DNA from: Syntrophales bacterium
Lineage (GTDB): Bacteria > Desulfobacterota > Syntrophia > Syntrophales > UBA4778
Reading direction: 5' to 3'
DNA length: 64,000 nucleotides
Assembly (NCBI GenBank): GCA_041946925.1
Contig: JBHGBI010000005.1
Coordinates: 4,128-68,127, forward strand
Shown: positions 52,917 through 62,699 of the stretch, piece after piece
How the letters are laid out: the number at the start of each line of letters is the position of its first letter
How positions within the stretch are numbered: position 1 is the first letter of the stretch
Made by a program: the position numbers and the translations under genes
Notes under the pieces: generated by a model
What the model saw: the letters and a program-made list of their open reading frames with translations, nothing else
Databases searched by the model: none
Told to the model about the DNA's origin: nothing

Positions 52917-54365
52917 TCAAAAAGCATACGGGTTCATTTTTTTTGAATGGATCTCGGCAATAAGCTTGGAGAGCCTGGCTATTTCGCGTTCGGGCTCCGG
53001 ATAGTTGAATATCTCCGGATGGGTCTCGATGTAATCCGTGGTAAATTTCCCTTTCTGGAAATCCTTTTCGCCGCAGATGGCGAGATAAAAGGGTATGGTC
53101 GTTTTGGGGCCGACGATCAGGAAGTCGTTCAGGGCACGCTTCAACCGCTGGATAGTCGACCCCCACTCCTGTCCCCGCACCGTCAATTTGACAAGGAGCG
53201 AATCGTAATCTGTGGGGATTTTATATCCCTGGTATACAATGCCGTCCAACCTGATTCCCGGACCTCCCGGCGACTGGTAGACCTCCACTCTCTTTCCGCC
53301 TTCAGGCATGAAATTGTTCTTCGGATCCTCGGCATTAATCCTGACTTGCACCGCTTTTCCAACCAGTTTTACTCTTTCTTCCGGCAGATCCAGTCTGCTG
53401 CCCTCGGAGATCATGATCTGCTGCCGGACGATATCCACCCCGCTCAGCATTTCCGTAACTGTATGCTCCACCTGCAAGCGGGTATTTACTTCCATAAACC
53501 AGAAATCGTTTGTAGCGGGATCAACCAGGAATTCAACTGTACCTGCGTTCACATAACCTGCCTGCCTGGCCGCCCGGATCGCTGTTTGGTGAATGGATTC
53601 GATGACATCCGGGGGAAGTTCGGCGGGTGCAATTTCCAGCAATTTCTGATGTCGCCTCTGGATGGAGCAATCCCTGGTGCCCAGGTGGATCACCCGGTCA
53701 TGGTAATCCGCGAGTATCTGTACCTCGACATGTTTCGGGGATTCAATGAACTTCTCAATATAGATGTTGTCGTCGTGAAAGGCGGACAGCGCTTCAGACC
53801 TGGCCTGCGGAAGCTGAAGTCGAAGTTCTGACTCATTCTGAACTTTTCTGATTCCCCTGCCGCCTCCGCCCGAAGAAGCCTTCAGCATGAGAGGATAGCC
53901 GTTCTTCTTTCCGAACCTGACGGCCGCTTCCACCCCTTCTTCCCCGGCAGGCAGATTGTCCGTACCGGGAATAAAGGGTATTCCGGCCTTTTTCATCATT
54001 TCCCTGGCCACAACCTTGTTTCCCAGATCCCGAATGACTCCTGGAGGTGGACCAATAAAAATGATCCCTTCTCGTTCACATGCAGCGGAAAATTCAGCGT
54101 TTTCAGCCAGAAAGCCATACCCGGGGTGAATGGCGTCGGCGCCCGCTTTTCTGGCTGCCCATATGATCCGGTCAATGCTCAGATAATCCTTTCTCGGCCC
54201 GTCTCCGATCAGGATCGCCTGATCGGCGAATCTCAGGAAATACGCTTCGCTGTCCGGCTTTTCATAAACAGCGACAGCATCGAGACCCAGTTCTTTGACG
54301 GTCCTTATAATCCTGAGTGCGATCTCGCCGCGATTCGCGACTAATACTTTTTTAATTCTTTTCAC
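52917..54365 (-). CDS. Biotin carboxylase subunit (PycA/AccC-like)
   Basis: ANRGEIA, HPGYGFLAEN, GGGGRG, RDCSIQRRHQK, EVNTRLQVEH, RINAEDP. Confidence 0.95.
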   Translation of the reverse strand: MKRIKKVLVANRGEIALRIIRTVKELGLDAVAVYEKPDSEAYFLRFADQAILIGDGPRKDYLSIDRIIWAARKAGADAIHPGYGFLAENAEFSAACEREGIIFIGPPPGVIRDLGNKVVAREMMKKAGIPFIPGTDNLPAGEEGVEAAVRFGKKNGYPLMLKASSGGGGRGIRKVQNESELRLQLPQARSEALSAFHDDNIYIEKFIESPKHVEVQILADYHDRVIHLGTRDCSIQRRHQKLLEIAPAELPPDVIESIHQTAIRAARQAGYVNAGTVEFLVDPATNDFWFMEVNTRLQVEHTVTEMLSGVDIVRQQIMISEGSRLDLPEERVKLVGKAVQVRINAEDPKNNFMPEGGKRVEVYQSPGGPGIRLDGIVYQGYKIPTDYDSLLVKLTVRGQEWGSTIQRLKRALNDFLIVGPKTTIPFYLAICGEKDFQKGKFTTDYIETHPEIFNYPEPEREIARLSKLIAEIHSKKMNPYAF

Positions 54366-54491
54366 AATTACTGTGCTTCCTTTCCGAGAAGTACTGGATA
54401 TTTATTGCCGAAAGTGAAATCAATGCAAATTGTTTCTTATATGCTTTATCCTCCCGAATTGTCAAGAGCATTGTGTAGATCGTGTGTGTAA

Positions 54492-54520
54492 TTGACATTT
54501 CACATCATTTACGCTAATAA
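54492..54520 (+). promoter_or_regulatory. Putative sigma70 promoter for purM
   Basis: TTGACA-N17-TAATAA. Confidence 0.5.
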
Positions 54521-54580
54521 GGATAACTTGATCTAAGTCTTTCATTATTTCTCATTTTGGTGAATTCTGCAGGAGGCGGC

Positions 54581-55624
54581 ATGCAGAAGAGGACAACATA
54601 TAAGGATGCAGGGGTCGATATAGACAGGGCGGATGAGTTTGTCAGCCGCATAAAGCCACTCATCAGAACGACTTACCGCAAGGAGGTAAGGGGTGATATA
54701 GGGGGTTATGCCGGGTCGTTTCATCTGGACACGGGACGTTACAAAAATCCTATTCTTATCTCCTCAACAGACGGCGTCGGAACAAAGCTGATGATCGCCC
54801 GCATGATGAACCGTCACGACACGATCGGAATCGACCTCGTCGCCATGTCAGTCAACGATATTGTAGTTACGGGGGCCGAGCCTCTTTTCTTCCTCGACTA
54901 TATTGCTGCGGGAAAGCTTGATGTCTCCACAAGTGTGAAGATCGTGGAAGGTATAACACAAGGCTGTCTGGAAGCGGGCTGTGCCCTTATCGGCGGCGAG
55001 ACTGCCGAAATGCCCGGCGTTTATCCGGATAATGAATACGACCTGGCCGGCTTTTGCGTCGGCGTAGTTGAAGCCGACCGCATGATAGACGGGTCTGAAA
55101 TCAGTGTGGGTGACGCTGTCATAGGCATTGCATCCAGCGGCCTTCACAGCAATGGGTTTTCACTGGCGAGAAAAATCCTCTTCGAGAAAGGTAAAATGAC
55201 CGTCAACAGCAAACCGGAGGGATTCCAGCATTCCATCGGGACGGAGTTGTTGATACCGACAAAGATTTATGTGAAATCGATGCTCAATTTAATGAAGGCT
55301 TTCAGTGTCAAGGGCTTGATACATATTACGGGGGGCGGGTTCATCGACAATATTCCGCGGGTTCTGCCTGAGCCGTGCGGGGCGATTATCGAGAAAGGTA
55401 GCTGGCCTATTCCTCCGGTTTTCAAACTGATTCAGAAACTCGGCAATGTCGAAGACATGGAAATGTTCAGGGTTTTCAACATGGGGATAGGAATGATAGC
55501 CGTCGTTCCTGAGAAAGAATCCGACGAAGTCCTGGAGAGACTTGGCGGACTGGGAGAAAGGGCATTCAGAATAGGTTCCATTGAAAAAAGGGGGAGCGGA
55601 CAGCAATCCGTCACGTTCAAGTAA
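54581..55624 (+). CDS. purM: Phosphoribosylformylglycinamidine cyclo-ligase
   Basis: YKDAGVDI, TDGVGTKL, GGETAEMPG, SSGLHSNG, HITGGG, FNMGIG. Confidence 0.98.
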   Translation: MQKRTTYKDAGVDIDRADEFVSRIKPLIRTTYRKEVRGDIGGYAGSFHLDTGRYKNPILISSTDGVGTKLMIARMMNRHDTIGIDLVAMSVNDIVVTGAEPLFFLDYIAAGKLDVSTSVKIVEGITQGCLEAGCALIGGETAEMPGVYPDNEYDLAGFCVGVVEADRMIDGSEISVGDAVIGIASSGLHSNGFSLARKILFEKGKMTVNSKPEGFQHSIGTELLIPTKIYVKSMLNLMKAFSVKGLIHITGGGFIDNIPRVLPEPCGAIIEKGSWPIPPVFKLIQKLGNVEDMEMFRVFNMGIGMIAVVPEKESDEVLERLGGLGERAFRIGSIEKRGSGQQSVTFK

Positions 55625-55625
55625 A

Positions 55626-56294
55626 ATGAAGAAAGTCGGTCTGGGAGTACTGGTTTCCGGCAGTGGTTCAAACCTTCAGTCGATCATTGACCATATCGAG
55701 AAAGGTCTGGTCGACGCTGTCATCAAAATCGTCATCAGCAACAATCCTGATGCTTATGCCCTGGAGAGGGCCAGAAAGCACGGCATCCCTTGTTGTGTCG
55801 TCGCCCATTCCGCATATCCCGAGAGGGAGGATTTCGATCGCAAGATGATCGAGGTGCTGCGTTCTTCCGGCGTAGAACTGGTCGTACTTGCCGGATTCAT
55901 GAGAGTGCTGACCCCTCTTTTTTTGAAAGCCTTTCCAATGAAAGTCATGAATATTCACCCGGCTCTCTTGCCGTCCTTTCCGGGACTCCACGGCCAGAAA
56001 AAGGCCTTCGACTACGGAGTAAAATTCTCGGGATGCACGGTTCATTTCGCAGACGAGGGCGTTGATACAGGGCCGATTATCATTCAAGCCGTTGTTCCTG
56101 TACTCGATGAGGACACGGTGGAAACCCTTGCAGAGAGAATATTGAGAGAAGAGCACAGAATATACCCCCAGGCGATACAATTTTATGCCGAGAGGCGCAT
56201 AGAGGTCGTGGGACGAAAAGTCAGAATCAGGAACACCCCCCGGATTCAGAGATTTTCTCTGCACAATCCTCCTCTGATGATTGACAAAGGCTGA
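55626..56294 (+). CDS. purN: Phosphoribosylglycinamide formyltransferase
   Basis: SGSGSNLQ, LAGFMR, NIHPALLP, GCTVHF..EGVDTGPII.Q. Confidence 0.98.
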   Translation: MKKVGLGVLVSGSGSNLQSIIDHIEKGLVDAVIKIVISNNPDAYALERARKHGIPCCVVAHSAYPEREDFDRKMIEVLRSSGVELVVLAGFMRVLTPLFLKAFPMKVMNIHPALLPSFPGLHGQKKAFDYGVKFSGCTVHFADEGVDTGPIIIQAVVPVLDEDTVETLAERILREEHRIYPQAIQFYAERRIEVVGRKVRIRNTPRIQRFSLHNPPLMIDKG

Positions 56295-56406
56295 AAAAAC
56301 AAACCCCTGTAAACACCTCTGTTCGAGGAGAATCCGTTTCAGTCTGGATATATACAAGCAGTGCTTGGGAATCTTCCATGCCACCCGGCACAATTTTTCG
56401 GCTCTG

Positions 56407-57840
56407 ATGATGTATGATGCTGTTATAATCGGCAATGACCTCAGCTCTCTTGTGACGGCTCTGACAGCGGTACGGCAAGGGCGAAAAATTTTGCTCCTTG
56501 CGGACGGACCGGTCCCCGAGCCTTACGCTGAAGCCGGGTACACCTTCGATGTCGATCCCCTCCCCTGGACCTCTCTGCTGCCCGAAGAGACTTTCTTTTC
56601 TGCGGTCATGAGGGATCATCTCTCCGGAGATTCATTTAGACCCGCGCGCTTGCAGGTCCTGTTACCTGAACACAGAATCGACCTCTTCACTACAGGTGAT
56701 GATCTGATCCGGGATATGGAGAGAGAGTTCCCACAATGCAGTGAGGAAATCCGTAAACTGTATGCTTTGCTGGCAAGAGGCAACGAAATTGTCGAAGGGA
56801 TTCTCAAAAAAAGCCTTAGGAATGGGAATCCTTATAGAAACTTACTGACATCCATAAGGCACCTTCCTGCCCTGATTCGTGAGAGGATTTTACTTTCGTT
56901 GATATTCAAAAGAATAAAGAATAATCCACCCCTGATGCGGGTTATTGATGCCGAGATCCGGCTTTTTTCCAGCCTTTTCGCAGGCGAAAACCATGCCCTC
57001 TCTGCAGCTCGTGTGCTTCTGTTTCCGGTAAAAGGCATCCATTACCCCTGGGGTGGGAAACAACTTATACTGAATGAGCTCAGGAAACAGTTCCAGTCGA
57101 TGGGAGGGCAAACAAGGCAGAACTGCAGCATCAGGGAGATATCAATTGCAAAACAGATCGATATCGAACTGATTGAAAACAATGAGTCGACCGCTGTTCA
57201 TGCCAGATATCTCGTCGTCAGCACAAAATGGGAGAGATTGGAAAGTCTCTTTAAAGATGGTAAGATATCAAAATGGCTTTCAAAGAAGAGAAAAATCGCC
57301 TCAGATGTGTATTATCCTTTTACAGTCCATATGGGCGTTCATGACAGGGGGATTCCTGAAAGCATGGGACCTAATGTCCTTCTGATCGTGGATATAAACA
57401 AACCTCTCTATAGTACAAATCTCATCTTCCTGGAATTGAGCATGCCCGGCGATACCGCTCGGGCTCCCCAGGGAAAGCGGGCTGTTAGTGCCACTGTATT
57501 TCTGACTGATTCGCCTCTGCGCCAGACGGATGATCAACTTCGGATGATATCGGAACAAATGCTTGAGAACCTCAATGGGTTCTTGCCTTTTCTTAAAGAG
57601 TGCATGGATATCCTGAATCTCGATAAATCCATGGATATCTCCAGAAAATATCAGGAGGTCGTCAACCGCAAGTACGGAATCAACCGGAATTTCCTGACCG
57701 GCATTTCGCCGTTCTCAAACAAATCGCCCCGGAAGAATGTAATCATGAACGGCGGAGCCCTGTTTGCCGGAATAGGGTTCGAAGGAGAAGTGCTGGCGGG
57801 AATTGAAGCCGCTTATAAAATTGCCGGAGGAAAGCCTTAA
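56407..57840 (+). CDS. Phytoene-desaturase-like (COG1233) oxidoreductase-fold protein, degenerate dinucleotide motif
   Basis: YDAVIIG, GYTFD, YPWGG, D.ARAPQGK, C-terminal G.G.EG pattern. Confidence 0.65.
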   Translation: MMYDAVIIGNDLSSLVTALTAVRQGRKILLLADGPVPEPYAEAGYTFDVDPLPWTSLLPEETFFSAVMRDHLSGDSFRPARLQVLLPEHRIDLFTTGDDLIRDMEREFPQCSEEIRKLYALLARGNEIVEGILKKSLRNGNPYRNLLTSIRHLPALIRERILLSLIFKRIKNNPPLMRVIDAEIRLFSSLFAGENHALSAARVLLFPVKGIHYPWGGKQLILNELRKQFQSMGGQTRQNCSIREISIAKQIDIELIENNESTAVHARYLVVSTKWERLESLFKDGKISKWLSKKRKIASDVYYPFTVHMGVHDRGIPESMGPNVLLIVDINKPLYSTNLIFLELSMPGDTARAPQGKRAVSATVFLTDSPLRQTDDQLRMISEQMLENLNGFLPFLKECMDILNLDKSMDISRKYQEVVNRKYGINRNFLTGISPFSNKSPRKNVIMNGGALFAGIGFEGEVLAGIEAAYKIAGGKP

Positions 57841-59153
57841 TGTCGATTCAATCGTTTGATTTCGAGATCCGGAACCTGGGGGAAAGGAAAATACCCTCTC
57901 CCCTCTCTGTGGGATACTTCAAGACCGATGAAGACCGTGTCCTGGTCAATATTTACGTGAAGAATCTGGAGGAGTTCAAGGGACCGGACGGCCTTCCCCG
58001 ATCTCTGGAAGTCGCCGGACCCAGAAAAATGATTTTTTTCGATCCTTCCAAAGTCAAAGCGGCCATTGTAACGTGCGGCGGCTTGTCTCCAGGGATCAAT
58101 GACGTGATCAGGGCTCTTGTTCTGGAATTGCATCACCGTTACGGTGTGAGGAATATTATAGGAATAATGTACGGATACCGCGGCTTGATCCCGAAATACG
58201 GGTACGAAGTCTGCGAGCTTACTCCTCAAAGGGTGGAGCACATTCATGAACAGGGGGGAAGCATTCTATCCTCTTCGCGGGGGAATCAGGATATCGGGGA
58301 AATGGTCGATGCACTCGAACGTATGAATATCAGCCTCTTTTTTGTCATAGGAGGCGACGGGACGATGAGAGGTGCCGAACTTATCACGGATGAGATACTC
58401 AGGAGGAAACTGAAAATCAGCGTTATTGGAATCCCAAAAACAATAGATAACGACATGGCGTTGATTCAGAAGAGCTTTGGATTCGATACGGCAATTTCTG
58501 AGGCGGTGAAGGCGATTCAATGCGCTCATGTAGAGGCGAAAGGTTCCCCTATGGGGATCGGACTTGTCAAATTGATGGGACGGCAATCCGGCCATATCGC
58601 CGCCTTTGCCGCCCTGGCGCAGGCAGACGTAAATTTTGTACTCATACCGGAAGTTCCCTTCGACCTCGAAGGCGAAAAAGGCTTCCTGAAAGTTCTGGAA
58701 AACAGGCTGAGGGTCAGGAACCACGCTGTCATCATCGTCGCCGAAGGGGCGGGACAGGATTTCTTTCATAAAAAAAAGAAACCTATAGAAACGGACGCCT
58801 CGGGGAATATAAAACTCTACGATATCGGCGCTTTTCTCAAGAGCCGGATCGAAGGGTACTTCAAAAAGATAGGGATGGAAATCAATCTCAAATATTTTGA
58901 TCCCAGTTACATAATCCGCAGTGTTCCCGCCAATGCAAGCGACAGCCTGTATTGCGGCGCCCTGGCCAATTATGCGGTCCATGCAGCCATGGCGGGAAAA
59001 ACAGGAATGGTGGTGGGACTTTTCAACGATGTCTTTGTACATCTGCCGCTGCATGCAGTGGCGTCCAAGAGGAAGACAGTCGATCCGGAAGGGAATGTCT
59101 GGATGCAGGTCCTCGAGTCAACGGGGCAGCCGCAATCGATGAAAAACGATTAG
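57840..59153 (+). CDS. pfkA: 6-phosphofructokinase, probably ATP-dependent
   Basis: VTCGGLSPG.NDVIR, GGDGT (Gly at the ATP/PPi determinant), PKTIDND, VKLMGR.SG, DPSYIIRS. Confidence 0.92.
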   Translation: MSIQSFDFEIRNLGERKIPSPLSVGYFKTDEDRVLVNIYVKNLEEFKGPDGLPRSLEVAGPRKMIFFDPSKVKAAIVTCGGLSPGINDVIRALVLELHHRYGVRNIIGIMYGYRGLIPKYGYEVCELTPQRVEHIHEQGGSILSSSRGNQDIGEMVDALERMNISLFFVIGGDGTMRGAELITDEILRRKLKISVIGIPKTIDNDMALIQKSFGFDTAISEAVKAIQCAHVEAKGSPMGIGLVKLMGRQSGHIAAFAALAQADVNFVLIPEVPFDLEGEKGFLKVLENRLRVRNHAVIIVAEGAGQDFFHKKKKPIETDASGNIKLYDIGAFLKSRIEGYFKKIGMEINLKYFDPSYIIRSVPANASDSLYCGALANYAVHAAMAGKTGMVVGLFNDVFVHLPLHAVASKRKTVDPEGNVWMQVLESTGQPQSMKND

Positions 59154-59330
59154 AGGTTGCTGCTGGATTGATGGCATCTTTTTCTTCTTCGGTTTTTGAC
59201 CCGCGCTCTTAGCCTGCTGGTAGTATTGAACAGTGGCACGGAAAATTTTTGATTGATGACCAAAAAGACCTTGCATTATGCATTTTTATAGTTTAGATAG
59301 TCCTTTCATTTTTTTCGAGGTGACAAATAG

Positions 59331-59528
59331 ATGTCCAGAATCTGTGAAATATGCGGAAAAGGGCCGGTTGTAGGCCACAATGTAAGCCACGCAAACAACA
59401 AAACCAAAAAAGTATGGTATCCGAATCTGCAGAAGATGAGGGTTGTGAACAAGAAGACAGGCGGATCGAAAAGAATGAGAATCTGCACACGATGCCTCCG
59501 CTCAGGTTTTGTGCAGAAAGCCTCGTAA
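59331..59528 (+). CDS. rpmB: 50S ribosomal protein L28 (zinc-ribbon type)
   Basis: [34 protein letters not shown]. Confidence 0.97.
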   Translation: MSRICEICGKGPVVGHNVSHANNKTKKVWYPNLQKMRVVNKKTGGSKRMRICTRCLRSGFVQKAS

Positions 59529-59540
59529 GTGGTATCCTGC

Positions 59541-60041
59541 TCACTTCTTTTCGCCGGCGGCCATGGGCGATATAATCAGTTTCTTGAGATTGGACAGTTT
59601 GATCTGAAATGCCCCGTATTTCGCCCAACCGTAAGCCTTACGGTCTTTATTCAGGGACAGAACAACCTCGCTGCCGTCATTGAGCCTTACAAGTCCTTCC
59701 AGATTGCCGTTTTTCAACCGGAACAGGACGGACTTGATCCTGTCGAACGGGATGGCGACGGTCCCTTCTCCTCTTTTGCCTTCCAAATAAGTGTTTCCAT
59801 CAATGCTCAGTTCCCTGCAGTCAGTGATGACATCCATGTCATCAATAAAGGTTGCCATGAACTTTTTTTCCGTTTTCGGGATCCTGTCCGCAGGGCTCTC
59901 ACCAAGAACACCCATTCCTAAAAGAAGGGGAAGAAAAGACAGAAATGAAAGGAACCGGAAAAAGTGTCTTGGCGAGAAAATGCCGGGCGCCCGCTTTATA
60001 CTGATTCCCTTCTTTGATGATTCCGCGCTGTTCCTATTCAT
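59541..60041 (-). CDS. Hypothetical exported/membrane-anchored protein
   Basis: Hydrophobic segment ending LLLGMG, followed by a beta-rich domain. Start uncertain. Confidence 0.7.
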   Translation of the reverse strand: MNRNSAESSKKGISIKRAPGIFSPRHFFRFLSFLSFLPLLLGMGVLGESPADRIPKTEKKFMATFIDDMDVITDCRELSIDGNTYLEGKRGEGTVAIPFDRIKSVLFRLKNGNLEGLVRLNDGSEVVLSLNKDRKAYGWAKYGAFQIKLSNLKKLIISPMAAGEKK

Positions 60042-60267
60042 CCGATTCCTCCAGATCAATTTCATCTTTCAACGCCCTCAATATCTTGTCGATATCCGAC
60101 GCGAAATCCGGCATGACAAAAAGCTTGACAACAGCCTTTTTTTTATCGATAGTCGACACCGTTACAAGTCCTTCATAGCCCTCTAAAAGGAATTGGAAAT
60201 ACGTCAGATCTTTCTTTTTTAATGCCAGCAATTTTTCTACGCACTGAGTTGTCCCGGCTGAGGGCAT
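60034..60267 (-). CDS. DUF4911-like small protein
   Basis: YFQFLLEGYEGLVTVSTID pattern. Start trimmed to ATG 60267. Confidence 0.75.
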   Translation of the reverse strand: MPSAGTTQCVEKLLALKKKDLTYFQFLLEGYEGLVTVSTIDKKKAVVKLFVMPDFASDIDKILRALKDEIDLEESDE

Positions 60268-60390
60268 AAATCGCTGCCTTATCCGTAAGTATATGGAAGT
60301 CATTAACATTAAGGTCCATAAAAGATCAAGAGCAAATTCGGTTTCGATAGAAAAGCATCCGCTGTTTTTTTCCAGGCCGTGAGGGTACAT

Positions 60391-62151
60391 ATGCGGGACG
60401 TTTCGTCAGCAGGAAGAAATTATGCGGCTCTGCCCTCAACGAGATGGAAATATCCTGCTCTCTATCCGGATACCCAGGATACCCTGACGCGGGAGTTGCG
60501 CATCCACCCCGTTTTATCAAGGGTTCTCATCAACCGTTCCATTTCAACGCCCGACAAGGCCCGTAAATACCTATCCCCCTCTCTGGGAGACCTCCATAAT
60601 CCGTTTCTCCTGAAAGATATAGACAAAGGTCTTGACCGGTTGATAAAGGCTATTTATAACCGTGAAAAGATTGTAATCTACGGCGACTACGACGCAGACG
60701 GCATAACTTCTGTAGTCATCCTCTTCAAGTTTCTTGCGGAATTCCACCCCAACGTCACGTATTACATACCGGACAGGCTCACAGAAGGATACAGTCTCAA
60801 TATCTCCGCAATCGACAGAATAAAGGCAGAGGGTGCGAGCCTGATAATCACAGTGGATTGCGGTATCTCCGACCGCAGGGAAATATCATATGCAAAATCT
60901 CTCGGGATCGATACGATCATTCTCGATCATCACGAGATACCGGAACTCATGCCGGATGCGGCAGCGGTCATTAACACCAACAGGGTCGATTGCGGTTTCC
61001 CGTTCAAACATCTCGCCGGTGTGGGAATCGTGTTCAATTTTCTTATCGCGTTAAGGGGAAAACTTCGTGGCCAGGGTTTCTGGGCAATGCATCCGTATCC
61101 CAACCTCAAGGAATATCTGGACCTTGTCGCAATCGGGACCATGGGCGATATAGCTCCCATGATCGACGAAAACAGGATCTTCACGAAAACGGGTCTTGAA
61201 CTCATCAATCAGGGAAGGCGCGTGGGTATTCAGGCACTGAAGGAAGTCAGCGGATTGTCGAAATCGTCCGTAGATTCCATGGGGGCGTCTTTTTATCTCA
61301 TACCCCGGATCAATGCAGCCGGAAGGATGTCCCGGGCCTCGGAGGCCGTGGAACTCCTCCTCGCGGATAATATGAACGAAGCACTTCGGCTCGCCCGGAA
61401 ACTTGATGCGTACAATCGGGAGCGTCAGATCCTGGAGAAAGAGATTTTCGACGAAATCAACATGAAGATCAACGAGGCCGGGCTTCTGGATAAGAATCAC
61501 GTACTCGTATTCGCATCTCCCAAGTGGCACCCGGGTATTATCGGCATTGTCGCTTCCAAACTGGCCGATGCCTATTATCGGCCTGCCATCCTTATCAGCC
61601 TTAAAGAAGGCATAGGCAAGGGTTCCGGCAGAAGTATCGCGGAATTCAACCTTCACAAGGGGCTCAGCCGATGCCATTCATTGCTCCTCACTTACGGAGG
61701 ACACAGGTTTGCCGCAGGGATATCGATCGAGGAAAAGGATATTGATGCCTTCAGCGCTCTTCTCGAGGAAATTGTAAGGGAAGATCTCCTTTCAATGGAT
61801 CTGATGCCGCAAACCATGATCGACGCCCACTGTAGTCTGAATGAAATCAACGGCGACCTGCTTGCTCAGTTCGAATTGCTCGCTCCCTTTGGAAGCATGA
61901 ACCAGGAGCCCATTCTTTGCGCACGCAATGTGCGGATTTCCTCTCCGGCTGTTGTAGGCAACAATCATTTGAGGATGAATATATCGGGTGACGGAGTTTC
62001 CTGCAGTTCTATCTGGTTCAGCAAAGGACATTATGTGCAGGCGCTCTCCCGCGTCGAACTGGATGTCGCTTTTACACCGCAAATCAATAATTGGAACGGG
62101 ATGCCCAGCATTCAGCTTAAGATGAGAGATATATCGGCGCCCGCACTCTAA
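60391..62151 (+). CDS. recJ: Single-stranded-DNA exonuclease RecJ
   Basis: YGDYDADG, ITVDCG, DHH, PRINAAGR, GSGRS, GGH.FAAG, APFG..N. Confidence 0.97.
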   Translation: MRDVSSAGRNYAALPSTRWKYPALYPDTQDTLTRELRIHPVLSRVLINRSISTPDKARKYLSPSLGDLHNPFLLKDIDKGLDRLIKAIYNREKIVIYGDYDADGITSVVILFKFLAEFHPNVTYYIPDRLTEGYSLNISAIDRIKAEGASLIITVDCGISDRREISYAKSLGIDTIILDHHEIPELMPDAAAVINTNRVDCGFPFKHLAGVGIVFNFLIALRGKLRGQGFWAMHPYPNLKEYLDLVAIGTMGDIAPMIDENRIFTKTGLELINQGRRVGIQALKEVSGLSKSSVDSMGASFYLIPRINAAGRMSRASEAVELLLADNMNEALRLARKLDAYNRERQILEKEIFDEINMKINEAGLLDKNHVLVFASPKWHPGIIGIVASKLADAYYRPAILISLKEGIGKGSGRSIAEFNLHKGLSRCHSLLLTYGGHRFAAGISIEEKDIDAFSALLEEIVREDLLSMDLMPQTMIDAHCSLNEINGDLLAQFELLAPFGSMNQEPILCARNVRISSPAVVGNNHLRMNISGDGVSCSSIWFSKGHYVQALSRVELDVAFTPQINNWNGMPSIQLKMRDISAPAL

Positions 62152-62200
62152 GCCCGGGCGGGCAGTTGAAATCCGTTCTGAGTTGTACTATATTTTAACT

Positions 62201-62686
62201 ATGAAAGAAGAAGTCAAGAACAGGCCCGCGGGCGGGTGCTGTTTCGGATGGTTTATTGTAATATTTCTTTTGGTTTTTTCTATCCCGAAGGCACACGCTT
62301 ACGAAAAGATTTTTGAATGGGATGAATTCCGGGTAAAACCGCCTTTTTATTCCACCGGAATCCAGAACTGGGACGAGCTCAAAAGGGAATTATCTGATTC
62401 TTCTCAGGAATATGTAAATTCGCCGGATTTTTGCGCTGCAAGTCCGCAACCAGGAGAAACCAAGCCGAAGGGTTTCAATGTGCATCATTTCCGGTTCACG
62501 TTCACCCGCCACACCCTGAGCCAGGAAAATCATTCGCAGGTTGTCCAGCCTGAAATGAATCAAAACAAGCTGGAAATGCTCAAGACTCTCCCGTCTACCT
62601 TGCAGAATTCCTCTTCCGCCAGGGAACGATTTGAGGCTGTGGGAAAAATATTCGAGCCGAAGGTGAATTTGAGTATAGAATTTTGA
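62201..62686 (+). CDS. Hypothetical secreted protein
   Basis: Signal peptide ending AHA; no recognised motif; ends in KVNLSIEF. Confidence 0.6.
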   Translation: MKEEVKNRPAGGCCFGWFIVIFLLVFSIPKAHAYEKIFEWDEFRVKPPFYSTGIQNWDELKRELSDSSQEYVNSPDFCAASPQPGETKPKGFNVHHFRFTFTRHTLSQENHSQVVQPEMNQNKLEMLKTLPSTLQNSSSARERFEAVGKIFEPKVNLSIEF

Positions 62687-62699
62687 CAGTGTGCTTCCA

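Noticed and set aside
59235-59252. TGGCACG sigma54-like -24 box upstream of rpmB
   Set aside because: No GC at the -12 position.
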